IMG/VR virus record: IMGVR_UViG_3300046694_000136
Location: 62,001-126,000 of that record
DNA length: 64,000 nt
Direction: 5' to 3' (one strand)
The translations under genes and the position numbers were made by a program. Each line of letters opens with the position of its first letter. Position 1 is the stretch's first letter. Positions 1 through 8,472 of the stretch are shown here, piece by piece. The notes under the pieces were generated by a model. That model worked only from the letters and a program-made list of their open reading frames with translations, was not told the origin of the DNA and did not search any database.

Positions 1-1
1 T

Positions 2-307
2 GACAACCGGGGTATCATTGGCGATAAGAACGTCTACATCGCTGTAAACCGTGCTATCGGAGCTCAGCTGAAATATCTGGTACGTGGGTTGGGCGGTACT
101 GCTGCTAACAAAGGCAACGGTATCGTCATTACACTGCCGGAAACCATCCCTTACTTCAAGACCCGTGAACAGGAACGTCCGGTTAATGAGGTGAATGCTC
201 TGTTCGTTAAGTCGATCAAGTATCTGTGGGAAGAGAAGTCTACCTGCATTGAGATTGACTCTTCGGAACACTTGTACGTTACCGATGACTTCATGGTGAC
301 CCACAAC
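2..307 (+). mobile_element. C-terminal part of an intein with LAGLIDADG-type endonuclease remnant
   Basis: Block H-like LKYLVRGLGG; blocks F/G STCIEIDSSEHLYVTDDFMVTHN followed by Thr (+1 nucleophile, nt 308-310). Confidence 0.9.
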
Positions 308-2092
308 ACGGTGTCGGTTCAGGTCATTAACTTCTGGCTGACCTACATCATGGGTCGAGGGTATACATCTCACCTCATTACCCTGAAGAGTGATAACCGG
401 GCTCAGTTCGTCAACGCCATTAAGACGATCCGTAGCAGTATTCCTAAGTTCTTGGTTAACTCGACCTATAAGGACAAGGACGCTGGTACATCGTTAACGT
501 ATAAAGCGTTTGGTGAGGATCAGGTTAATACCCTGTACATCAACGTTCCGCAACAAGGGGCTGACGCAGCAGGCGACTTGGCACGTGGTCTGACAGTAGG
601 TTCTGGTTGGTACGACGAATCAGCGTACATCAAGTACATCGACTTGATCATCGACGGTTCTGGTCCTTCCATGCTAACCGAGATGGCTGTATGTCGTTCT
701 AAAGGCCTGCCACACGGGATCAGTCACATCACAACACCGAACACAACGCTGCACCCAAGTGGTCAGTTCATGTTCAAACGTTTGATGGACTCTACCGAAT
801 GGCGAGAGAAGTTCTTTGACTGCTTCAGCGAGTCCGATCTGCATGACAAGCTGATTAAAGCGTCTCCAGTCGAAACCACGTCTCCTAAACTGGCGATGGT
901 GTATAACTACCTCCAGCTGGGTAAAGACAAGGACTGGGTGAAGTGGGTTATCGACGACCTTAACTTGAGTAAAGCTAAGGCCAAGATCGACTTGCTGTTG
1001 ATGTGGGTGGAAGACGGGGAGAACCGGTTGTTTGATGACCAGACCCGTGAAGCCATTAACAACATGAAGCGGGACGTAGTGTGGAGCAAAGAGTACAAGG
1101 ACTTTAACCTTTACATGGACTTCTTTGTTACACAGAACGAACTGGCTGAAATGTGCGCGAAGTCTTACAACGACTTCTTCTTGATCGGTTGCGATACTTC
1201 CTCCGCTATCAACAAGGACGCCTGCACCATCGTAATCCGCAGTATGAAGACTGGTAAGGTCGTTGGGGTAGGTCGATACGCTCTTACCTATCTGGACCAC
1301 GTAGCGAGCATCTTGGTGGACTTGCTGGAATGCATTCAGAACAGTATCCTGATCCCTGAACGCAACTATGCTCACCACATGATCGATACGCTCCTGATCA
1401 CGCTGCCTGCTAAGGGTATGGATCCATTCACCCGGATCTACAACACGGTCTACAACGACACGGTTGGTCACGAGAAGGAGTACGAAGAAGTTAGACGTAC
1501 TGGGTTCGCTACTCGTAGCAAGAACTTCTACCTGAAGTTCAAGCAGCACTTTGGGTTCCTCACCACAGGTACTTCTCGTAAGACACTTTACGGGTTGATC
1601 ATCGAAGCGGTAGGGAACACGGGTTATGGGTTGGCGTACAGCAAGCTTGCGGATGAACTGATTAACCTGCGGCTTAAGGCAGACCGGATTGACCACGACT
1701 CTAAGCAACACGATGACTTGGTTATTTCGTGGCTGTTGAGTTACTGGTTCATTAAGCTGGGGATGAACAAATCGCTATACGGGATTCCTCCTGGACTGGC
1801 ATTGACTGAAACCCGTAACTTGATGAACGAAGCAGCAGGTGTGAAGACTCCAGAAACGGAACCTCACATTATCCACTTGCTCCAGAAAGTCAGAGCGAAG
1901 ATCACTACACTTACGGATGAGTTGTTGTCTACGAACGATAACCTGCTGGCCTTGCGTCTGGAAGCAGAGATTCGGAAGCTGACGAAGTACCTCCCACCTG
2001 AACAAGCACGTTCGATGACGATCGACAAAGTTATCGACGACGCTCGTTTGGATCGGAACAAGCGCATTATGGATCAGCGCAGAGTTGCATAA
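2..2092 (+). CDS. terL: Large terminase subunit (phiKZ gp25-like), 5'-truncated, intein-containing
   Basis: Frame open from nt 2. After the intein: TVSVQV (residue following Walker A GK), Walker B-like GWYDES, coupling motif ITTPN, RNase H nuclease motifs IGCDTS, KDAC, IPERN and HDDLV. Confidence 0.85.
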   Translation, partial: DNRGIIGDKNVYIAVNRAIGAQLKYLVRGLGGTAANKGNGIVITLPETIPYFKTREQERPVNEVNALFVKSIKYLWEEKSTCIEIDSSEHLYVTDDFMVTHNTVSVQVINFWLTYIMGRGYTSHLITLKSDNRAQFVNAIKTIRSSIPKFLVNSTYKDKDAGTSLTYKAFGEDQVNTLYINVPQQGADAAGDLARGLTVGSGWYDESAYIKYIDLIIDGSGPSMLTEMAVCRSKGLPHGISHITTPNTTLHPSGQFMFKRLMDSTEWREKFFDCFSESDLHDKLIKASPVETTSPKLAMVYNYLQLGKDKDWVKWVIDDLNLSKAKAKIDLLLMWVEDGENRLFDDQTREAINNMKRDVVWSKEYKDFNLYMDFFVTQNELAEMCAKSYNDFFLIGCDTSSAINKDACTIVIRSMKTGKVVGVGRYALTYLDHVASILVDLLECIQNSILIPERNYAHHMIDTLLITLPAKGMDPFTRIYNTVYNDTVGHEKEYEEVRRTGFATRSKNFYLKFKQHFGFLTTGTSRKTLYGLIIEAVGNTGYGLAYSKLADELINLRLKADRIDHDSKQHDDLVISWLLSYWFIKLGMNKSLYGIPPGLALTETRNLMNEAAGVKTPETEPHIIHLLQKVRAKITTLTDELLSTNDNLLALRLEAEIRKLTKYLPPEQARSMTIDKVIDDARLDRNKRIMDQRRVA

Positions 2093-2097
2093 ATAAC

Positions 2098-2135
2098 CCT
2101 ACCCTCCAGAGCCCTTGACGGGGCTCTGGAGGTAT
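2098..2135. terminator. Bidirectional intrinsic terminator between convergent genes
   Basis: CCTCCAGAGCCC-TTGACG-GGGCTCTGGAGG inverted repeat. Confidence 0.8.
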
Positions 2136-2148
2136 AGGTGTTTATTTG

Positions 2149-2955
2149 TTACTTGGTGTTGATGTTCAGATACTGAATCATCTCTTCGTACGAACGACCG
2201 GTCAGGCTGGCCAGAGGCTTGGTACCAGCAACACGTTCGTTGAAGGTATAACCCGCCACACTTTCGGAACGGAAGTACTCAGCGTTGATCAGAGCAGCAC
2301 GATCTTTGAGCTGCAAGAGAGTACCGGAGATTGGAGCGGAGTCAAGCTTAGCCACCACGTGGATCAGATGGAGCTTCTTGTTCACCAGCACTTCGGCGAG
2401 ACCCATCATCACGTAACCACCGCCCTCAGCTTTAGAAGCTTCGCTGCGGATGATTGGGATCAGGCCGTCTTCAACATGACCTACTTGATCACGATCTTCG
2501 AAATGATCGACGGTGCAGTTGTAGGACTTCGCGAAGAAAGTCTTCTTCAGGTTGTCGAACTCCATCTCACCGGTCACCAGACGCTTGGCACAGTACTCGG
2601 CCATCTCGCGACTGAGGAAGTAGACCTCACCACCGGAACGGGTAATCTGCGAAGGGATGTTGAGGTCTACCGAGAAGCTGCCACTGAGAGACGTTTTGTG
2701 GATCAAGACCGCAATGGCTGGCCGGCCACCATGACTGTCCAGATAGAAACCGTCCATGATGTAGAAATCGCCGTATTCGGCAGGGGCTTGGTTCTTCAGG
2801 TAGAACAGGCTGACAGTAGGGTTATCAGCTGGACCAAATTCGAACTTACCGGTCATCTTGAGATCGTCGAGAGCTTTAGTGAGACTTTCTTCATTCCCAG
2901 CAGTCGTACCTTTCTTCAGTTCGTTAGCAGAAGAAGTGCGTTGGGCCATGTTCAT
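2149..2955 (-). CDS. Hypothetical protein (possible virion protein)
   Basis: 268 aa ORF, last gene of a reverse-strand operon, AAGGA upstream; AGNE near the N-terminus resembles head processing sites. Confidence 0.7.
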   Translation of the reverse strand: MNMAQRTSSANELKKGTTAGNEESLTKALDDLKMTGKFEFGPADNPTVSLFYLKNQAPAEYGDFYIMDGFYLDSHGGRPAIAVLIHKTSLSGSFSVDLNIPSQITRSGGEVYFLSREMAEYCAKRLVTGEMEFDNLKKTFFAKSYNCTVDHFEDRDQVGHVEDGLIPIIRSEASKAEGGGYVMMGLAEVLVNKKLHLIHVVAKLDSAPISGTLLQLKDRAALINAEYFRSESVAGYTFNERVAGTKPLASLTGRSYEEMIQYLNINTK

Positions 2956-2965
2956 GTTTCTTTCC

Positions 2966-3478
2966 TTACTTGCTTTGAGTCAGTGGAGTGGTAATTGGGA
3001 AAACAGGAAATTCACTGTGTTCCACTTTTTCGAATTGCTTAAAATAATCAATCATCTCTTGCGCTGTACGACAACCGAATTCATTATCGGTCACCGCGGT
3101 AACCAGCACGCCCTTGGCTTGACACGCCAGTACACAGTTGATGGTATCTGCCAGCGACGTGAAGTAGCGCTCGCCCTCGCCACGATGGAGCGTGATACTG
3201 TGCATCCCCTCAATAGGGTAACGGACCTTCATGTTCTCTTTAGGAGTCAGCATGAAGGCTTTGAAACGATGCGGAAATTGACCCGGGTAGGCGGTTTTGT
3301 AAGTCGCCATGGTGAACAGGTACTGATCAAAGTTTACTTCGAGGCCAGGTGGGATAAACACCCGTGGATCACCCGCCAGCGCTTTGGGTACGTTGAACTC
3401 AATATCGAACGAGTCGTAAGGTTGGTAACCCTTAACGATCTCATCGAAAATTTCTGCCATCGGGCTTTGTTGTTCCAT
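2966..3478 (-). CDS. Hypothetical protein
   Basis: 170 aa ORF tightly packed in the reverse operon. Confidence 0.7.
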   Translation of the reverse strand: MEQQSPMAEIFDEIVKGYQPYDSFDIEFNVPKALAGDPRVFIPPGLEVNFDQYLFTMATYKTAYPGQFPHRFKAFMLTPKENMKVRYPIEGMHSITLHRGEGERYFTSLADTINCVLACQAKGVLVTAVTDNEFGCRTAQEMIDYFKQFEKVEHSEFPVFPITTPLTQSK

Positions 3479-3495
3479 GGGTGTTTACTCGAAGA

Positions 3496-4203
3496 TTATC
3501 TGAGTTCTTGTGCAATACGGATACCAGTAACCGTCGCTTTCCCTACCGAGTTAACAAGCCCACGGAGATCGTTGAGAAGAGCGCCGGTGAAAACGTCATC
3601 GAGTTCTTCAACAGGGATCACGTTACCGGTAACAATGTTCCGCAAAGCAGTGAGCTTACCGGCCAGGCATTTCGTGATGAGGGAGCAGCGCTGACGATCA
3701 AACGAGGCAACGACCGAAACGCTAAGCAGTGGGTCGTAACCAAGGGCTTTGAATCCGGCGAAGACTTCTTCACCAATGTTCTTCCCGCACCAGGTCTCGG
3801 TATTAAGACCGCTCACCTTGAGCATTCTCATATCCAACAAGACACTGCTGCCTTCTGGCGCCTTGATGAAGGCGGAGGTTGGCATCGCGGTGGTAGCAAC
3901 GTGAGCGTGGTAAATCTTCCCTTCCACCTCAAAGGAAACCATCAGGGCATTTACCCGCATCGCGCTTACGTCGAGCTCGTCCATTACTCCCCACGGACGC
4001 TGGCCAGGAACTTGGCAAAGCGCGAAGTAGTTAGGAATGTCGACAGGTACCGTCAGAAACTGGCTATGGTGACCTTTACGACCGAAAGGATCGCCTTTCG
4101 AGTACTCGACCGCTAACGGCGCAGCCAGAACCGGGGAAACAAAGAACTTTGCAGTGTCGGTATTTTCTTCGTAAACTGGATACGCGCGGGTAATGAATTC
4201 CAT
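3496..4203 (-). CDS. Stand-alone paralog of the central domain of the phiKZ-type major capsid protein
   Basis: Start moved to ATG 4203 (AGGAAAG RBS directly after the upstream stop). Motifs YPVY..KFFVSP, FALCQ, GVMDELD, TTAMPTSAF and VTGIRI resemble the gp120-family middle region as recalled. Confidence 0.55.
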   Translation of the reverse strand: MEFITRAYPVYEENTDTAKFFVSPVLAAPLAVEYSKGDPFGRKGHHSQFLTVPVDIPNYFALCQVPGQRPWGVMDELDVSAMRVNALMVSFEVEGKIYHAHVATTAMPTSAFIKAPEGSSVLLDMRMLKVSGLNTETWCGKNIGEEVFAGFKALGYDPLLSVSVVASFDRQRCSLITKCLAGKLTALRNIVTGNVIPVEELDDVFTGALLNDLRGLVNSVGKATVTGIRIAQELR

Positions 4204-4211
4204 GATCTTTC

Positions 4212-5681
4212 CTATTCGAATAGTTCTTTCGTGATCACACGAATCACCATGTACAGTGACAGAGCAGTCCGTGTGGTTAGGACCCATTGCGGGGTCTTAC
4301 GCCCAGTGATGTCAATTACGATCTTGTCACCCAACTCTCGGATGATTTTAACCTGGTCGTTGTTACTGCGAGAAGCCCCGTACGCACCACGCATCTTAAT
4401 CAATACGTCGTACACGTTACTCCGCTTAATACCATTGGCATGCAAGTATTCAAACATGTGCAAAACAATGGTTTCAGCAAACGTTTTGTAATCGGGGTAC
4501 TTCGGGTTGTTGTACCGCTTAGCAAACTCCTGGATCGAATACTGGAGCATCTCCATACGGACGTTATCCAACACACCCGCAGCGTACTCCATCAGTTCCT
4601 CTTTGAAGAACGAACTCTCTTCAGTAAGGATCCGGTCCAGATAAAGAACATGGGCGGTTACATCTTTCGCCACGCTCTTGATACTTAATTCGTCCTTCAG
4701 TTGAACTTTAGCGGACTCAACTTTTACGATGTTGGTTTTGTTCTTCACATCGTGGAAGACTTTGTTGATGTCGTTAATAGCCCGACGCAACCGGTTCTGG
4801 ATATCACCCACCATGTAGACAATCTTCTTGTCGTTGTCCATCTTGGACCACGCTTCGTAGTGAATTCCCGTCTTAGGGTTGATGATGTACTCAGCACGAG
4901 CCTCGATGAGGGCCTTCCAGCTACCGTAGCGCTTGATGTCGTACTTCAGGCTCAAGCGGTTATAGGTCTCGTATACGACTTCCTTACGAGCTTGGAACGG
5001 ATAGTCATTATGTACGATGCTGGTCAGGCACTTGTAGTGATACATGGAAACCACGTCCACCATAGCCCGGTGTTTCTCATCCGCTTTCAACGTACTCTTG
5101 TTGATACGGAACAAGAGGTAAGGGACGGTCATGTTGAACGCGTCGCCTACGACCGCCCACTCGCTCTTGATCGCGGCGCAAGCGTGCAGGTTTTCCCGCA
5201 GCTCATCTTCATCGCAGTCAAAGATCTCGTTGAACCACTCGTTACGGTCAGCCGTGGTGAAGGTGATCTTCTCCAGACCAAGGTAAGGTGCGCCGAAGAA
5301 CGCCATGTGGTCGTGCATCCCAACTTTACGAGTGATGAAGTTGTAGACGTACTTCTTAAGGGTAAGGGCCCACTTAGAGTTAACCTCCAAGTACTGACCC
5401 ATCTTTTCGAAGACTTGCAGGATGGCGTTGGTGCTTTCGAAGTTTACCCCTTGCAGGAGCGCTTCCATCCCTGCTACATCACTCAGTTCATACTGAGGAG
5501 GTGAAGGCTTGGCGAACTCGTGAGGGTGTCTGTCTTGAAAGAGACCGAGGTATTGATCAGGTACAAAGATCGAGGGTTGCTTGTTCCAGTACTCGTTCTC
5601 AGCTTCCTCAGCCGCTCGATCCGAACTGAGGTCTTCTGGGTTGTACTGAACCGGTACTCGGCTGAAATCTAATTCTGACAT
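4212..5681 (-). CDS. Conserved virion structural protein (phiKZ gp32-like)
   Basis: Start moved to ATG 5681 (TAAGGAGG RBS); acidic N-terminus with a VAGME site; HMAFFG..LG..I.F...DR..WF signature; position near terminase. Confidence 0.6.
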   Translation of the reverse strand: MSELDFSRVPVQYNPEDLSSDRAAEEAENEYWNKQPSIFVPDQYLGLFQDRHPHEFAKPSPPQYELSDVAGMEALLQGVNFESTNAILQVFEKMGQYLEVNSKWALTLKKYVYNFITRKVGMHDHMAFFGAPYLGLEKITFTTADRNEWFNEIFDCDEDELRENLHACAAIKSEWAVVGDAFNMTVPYLLFRINKSTLKADEKHRAMVDVVSMYHYKCLTSIVHNDYPFQARKEVVYETYNRLSLKYDIKRYGSWKALIEARAEYIINPKTGIHYEAWSKMDNDKKIVYMVGDIQNRLRRAINDINKVFHDVKNKTNIVKVESAKVQLKDELSIKSVAKDVTAHVLYLDRILTEESSFFKEELMEYAAGVLDNVRMEMLQYSIQEFAKRYNNPKYPDYKTFAETIVLHMFEYLHANGIKRSNVYDVLIKMRGAYGASRSNNDQVKIIRELGDKIVIDITGRKTPQWVLTTRTALSLYMVIRVITKELFE

Positions 5682-5691
5682 GGGGTCCTCC

Positions 5692-6540
5692 TTATGTTCT
5701 GCGAGCAATGCCCATGCGTTGAGCGTCGTGTACGTTCTGCTTGTCGCTCCAAGTCATGCAAGGAGTCCAAACCTTCAGGAAGTATTCCTTGTAGTTAGTC
5801 CACGCATCCTTGTACTCAGCGATATCGTCTTTGATATCCGAGAGCGCAACACCCATCTTGACAGCGGCTTCGTTAACCGGGCTTTTCAGTTTACGGTACA
5901 AGTACGCTTTAACACCCAGCTCTACCAGCTCAGCGAACTGCAAGTAGTGGTGAGCGTGGATGCTGCTCATCGCTTCGTCGTATTCCATGATGACCTTGGC
6001 ACTCATGTTAAAAGTACCCATGTTGATACCGAAGATCACAAAGACGTTGTTACCCGTCATCTGGCAATCGGTATAGGTCTGCGGCATGGACTTGTTACCG
6101 GCCATGTTGTTAATCATGGAACCCATCATTTCGTTCACAACACCAGAACCACACTCAGCGTCGTTACCCACACCGATGCCCAGCTGACCGATAGCCGAGT
6201 TCATGGAACCGAGGTAGCACTCAGTCACCGAAACAATCTTGGCACCTCGAGTGGTCATCTCAGGAACCTTAACTTCTAGGCAGCCGTTACCGATACTGCG
6301 CATCTCTGAACCACCGAGGTCCAGGTACTCTGTCTTACCACCACCGACCTTACAGTCAGGCAGGATCAACTGGTGGATAATCTTTTCACGGATACCTTGT
6401 TCAATGGTGGTCTCGTTGACCATGTTGTACCAGTTACCGAGTACGTTGGCGTTCTTGTTAGCAAAAGCCAATTCAAAAAGGTACTCACTGATGTCGGAGT
6501 TCAAAACCCGACTGATAGCAAAATCTACTGGGTTACCCAT
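5692..6540 (-). CDS. Conserved phiKZ-like protein, probably virion-associated
   Basis: 282 aa, AAGGA RBS, late-type motif upstream, first gene of the reverse operon. Confidence 0.6.
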   Translation of the reverse strand: MGNPVDFAISRVLNSDISEYLFELAFANKNANVLGNWYNMVNETTIEQGIREKIIHQLILPDCKVGGGKTEYLDLGGSEMRSIGNGCLEVKVPEMTTRGAKIVSVTECYLGSMNSAIGQLGIGVGNDAECGSGVVNEMMGSMINNMAGNKSMPQTYTDCQMTGNNVFVIFGINMGTFNMSAKVIMEYDEAMSSIHAHHYLQFAELVELGVKAYLYRKLKSPVNEAAVKMGVALSDIKDDIAEYKDAWTNYKEYFLKVWTPCMTWSDKQNVHDAQRMGIARRT

Positions 6541-6571
6541 AATCTAATGTCCTTTGATTGGTCAGGCTAAA

Positions 6572-6580
6572 CATAACATT
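6572..6580 (-). promoter_or_regulatory. Candidate late promoter (AATGTTATG)
   Basis: Matches the RATGCTATR motif recurring upstream of virion genes; phiKZ late promoters have TATG at the start site. Confidence 0.45.
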
Positions 6581-6655
6581 TCCTTTGATTGTTTTCTTAG
6601 GAGTATTTCATTGTATGTCTTACCTATACTTTTTGATTTTTGAAGAGTGGGGGTA

Positions 6656-6780
6656 AGAGTAAGACTTATGGAGTGGAGTAGCCCGAAGGGATACGGAACG
6701 GAATAAGGATTACTCTGGGGGAGTTGGTTGGGTTGGTTAGGTTCCGGATCATGCCCTACTGCCCTAAGGCCGCAGGCCTT
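6656..6780 (+). other. Purine-mismatch hairpin, G-rich tract and GCA-triloop hairpin (structured non-coding element)
   Basis: Nested complementarity 6656-6716 with symmetric GA/GA and GGA/GGA mismatches and a C-GAA-G loop; AAGGCC-GCA-GGCCTT at 6766-6780. Confidence 0.6.
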
Positions 6781-6896
6781 TAAAGAAAAGTATTTTATTA
6801 CTGTAATTATTATAAAGCTAATTTAAACAATTTAAATAACTCTATTCCTGTTAAGGGAGTAGGGTAAGGGTCTACTATGCAAAAAGATAATAAACC

Positions 6897-6904
6897 TACA
6901 TTAC
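6897..6904 (+). promoter_or_regulatory. Early (virion RNAP) promoter TACATTAC
   Basis: Variant of the phiKZ early motif TATATTAC, upstream of the 7023 operon. Confidence 0.65.
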
Positions 6905-7022
6905 TAGAGTGAATAAACACTTGATAATCTATTTTAAGCAATCAAGATGACTGGGTAAGGGGTTAGTTGGGATAAATCATCCTTAGTAACCCTTTGAGTC
7001 GATAACTGTAAGGAAGAAGAAA

Positions 7023-7703
7023 ATGACCATTGTTTGTTATGACGGTAAGAAGATGATCGCTGATAGTCTGGCTGCTACAGGGGATATGAAGCTCCCCGGA
7101 GCTTTTCAGAAGATCTATCATCCGCTGGATGATGAGTACTGGGAGATCAACAAAACAAAGGTTATTGCGTTTGGTTTTTCTGGTGCCTTGCCGGCGATTC
7201 CTTATATTCGGGAATTATTGAGTCAAGGGGTTACTTACCGGACGATCATTAAGCCGGATATCGACGTGGTCTTCGAAGCACTGTGCGTACTGGAAACGGG
7301 CGACGCGTACGTACTCAGCACTGAACCAACTCGGGCTAAAGGTCCAAGTGCTCACGAGTTCGTTATGGTTCCGGTACCAGTTCCGGTAGCGGTAGGTAGC
7401 GGTGGTGTGTTTGCCTACGCGGCTATGGGGCCTAAAGATAAGAACCAAGCCGAGAAGGGCGTAGAGGCGGCTAAACGGCTTTGTCCTTTCTGTGGCGGGG
7501 ATAACGTGGTCTGGGAGCTCCCACCTCCTCCAGAAGTCCCGAGCAAGCGTCCAGTATCGGTTCTGCCTGAGCTGGTAAACATTGAAGAGACCTATCCGAT
7601 CAATGGGCTCAACATGGGACAGCTTAAGCACGTGGTTAGTGGGATCGTATCTGATCTGATGAAGAAAGCTGATGAACCAGTGACGGAGGTGAAGAATGGA
7701 TAA
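7023..7703 (+). CDS. Proteasome beta/HslV-like Ntn hydrolase, copy 1
   Basis: M-T1-IVCYDG..ADS, QKI, VGSGG, CPFCGG; Pro-rich linker and C-terminal extension. Confidence 0.75.
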   Translation: MTIVCYDGKKMIADSLAATGDMKLPGAFQKIYHPLDDEYWEINKTKVIAFGFSGALPAIPYIRELLSQGVTYRTIIKPDIDVVFEALCVLETGDAYVLSTEPTRAKGPSAHEFVMVPVPVPVAVGSGGVFAYAAMGPKDKNQAEKGVEAAKRLCPFCGGDNVVWELPPPPEVPSKRPVSVLPELVNIEETYPINGLNMGQLKHVVSGIVSDLMKKADEPVTEVKNG

Positions 7704-7941
7704 TCCGGAAACTATCACGATTACTTTGCCTAAAGGTAAGCTGGATTCCATTGAATCAATTACTACTCGGCCTATCGAGGGATATCCTGGGGTATCTGAA
7801 GTACTGATCAATGGGGAACCCGGTCGTCTGCTGGTCGACCTTTCTCAATTCGAAAACAATGAAAATGATCTGCGACGTCTGTACACCGGTGTCGGGGAAG
7901 GTTTTATCAAGCACCATGTGCGAAAAAATAACAGGAGCTAG
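7696..7941 (+). CDS. Small hypothetical protein within the Ntn cluster
   Basis: 81 aa, GGAGG RBS, overlaps the upstream stop. Confidence 0.7.
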   Translation: MDNPETITITLPKGKLDSIESITTRPIEGYPGVSEVLINGEPGRLLVDLSQFENNENDLRRLYTGVGEGFIKHHVRKNNRS

Positions 7942-7942
7942 T

Positions 7943-8458
7943 ATGACTACTGTAGCTTGGGATGGTAAATTGTTGGTAGCTGACTCACAGTCCACTGTTA
8001 ACGGGCTGGCTACACTTAGTGTCTCTACAAAGATCTTCCTTCCCCCTGAAGGGGTTCTTACTAAATGGACGATCCAAGGAGAGTCGGTCGCGGCAATTGG
8101 TCTAGCGGGTTGTGCCATGGCACAATATACCTTTACGGACATGCTTGCGGAGGGGCTTACCCACCGTAGTCCAGTCCCTAAAGAATCCAGCTCCTTTGCC
8201 GCGTTGGTCATTACCCATACCGGTAAATGCTTCCGGTTTAACTATCGGAAGAAAGATGGCGAGGGTCCAAGCGTCCAATTGAGTTTTTCAAACGGCAAGG
8301 ACGCAATCGGTAGTGGGGGTAGTTTTGCCAATGCTGTGATGAGTATCAATATCGACGCTGGTTTGGCAGTACAGGCGGCTATCAATGTTGATCCTAGCAG
8401 CGGTGGTTCGCTTCAAATCTGGAACTCTGCTGAGCCAGGTGTTATTTCCATTCGTTGA
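7943..8458 (+). CDS. Proteasome beta/HslV-like Ntn hydrolase, copy 2
   Basis: Probable start ATG 7943 (AGGAG RBS): MTTVAWDG..ADS, TKI, IGSGG, DPSSGG. Confidence 0.8.
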   Translation: MTTVAWDGKLLVADSQSTVNGLATLSVSTKIFLPPEGVLTKWTIQGESVAAIGLAGCAMAQYTFTDMLAEGLTHRSPVPKESSSFAALVITHTGKCFRFNYRKKDGEGPSVQLSFSNGKDAIGSGGSFANAVMSINIDAGLAVQAAINVDPSSGGSLQIWNSAEPGVISIR

Positions 8459-8472
8459 GGTTAAGGGTAATT

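Noticed and set aside
7696-7941. Ubiquitin/Pup-like modifier beside the proteasome-like genes
   Set aside because: No C-terminal GG or GGE/Q motif and no ligase genes nearby.
7811-7942. N-terminal extension of Ntn copy 2 (and 8455-8472 of copy 3) as a propeptide
   Set aside because: Overlaps the upstream gene; RBS-like sequences sit directly before the MTT starts.
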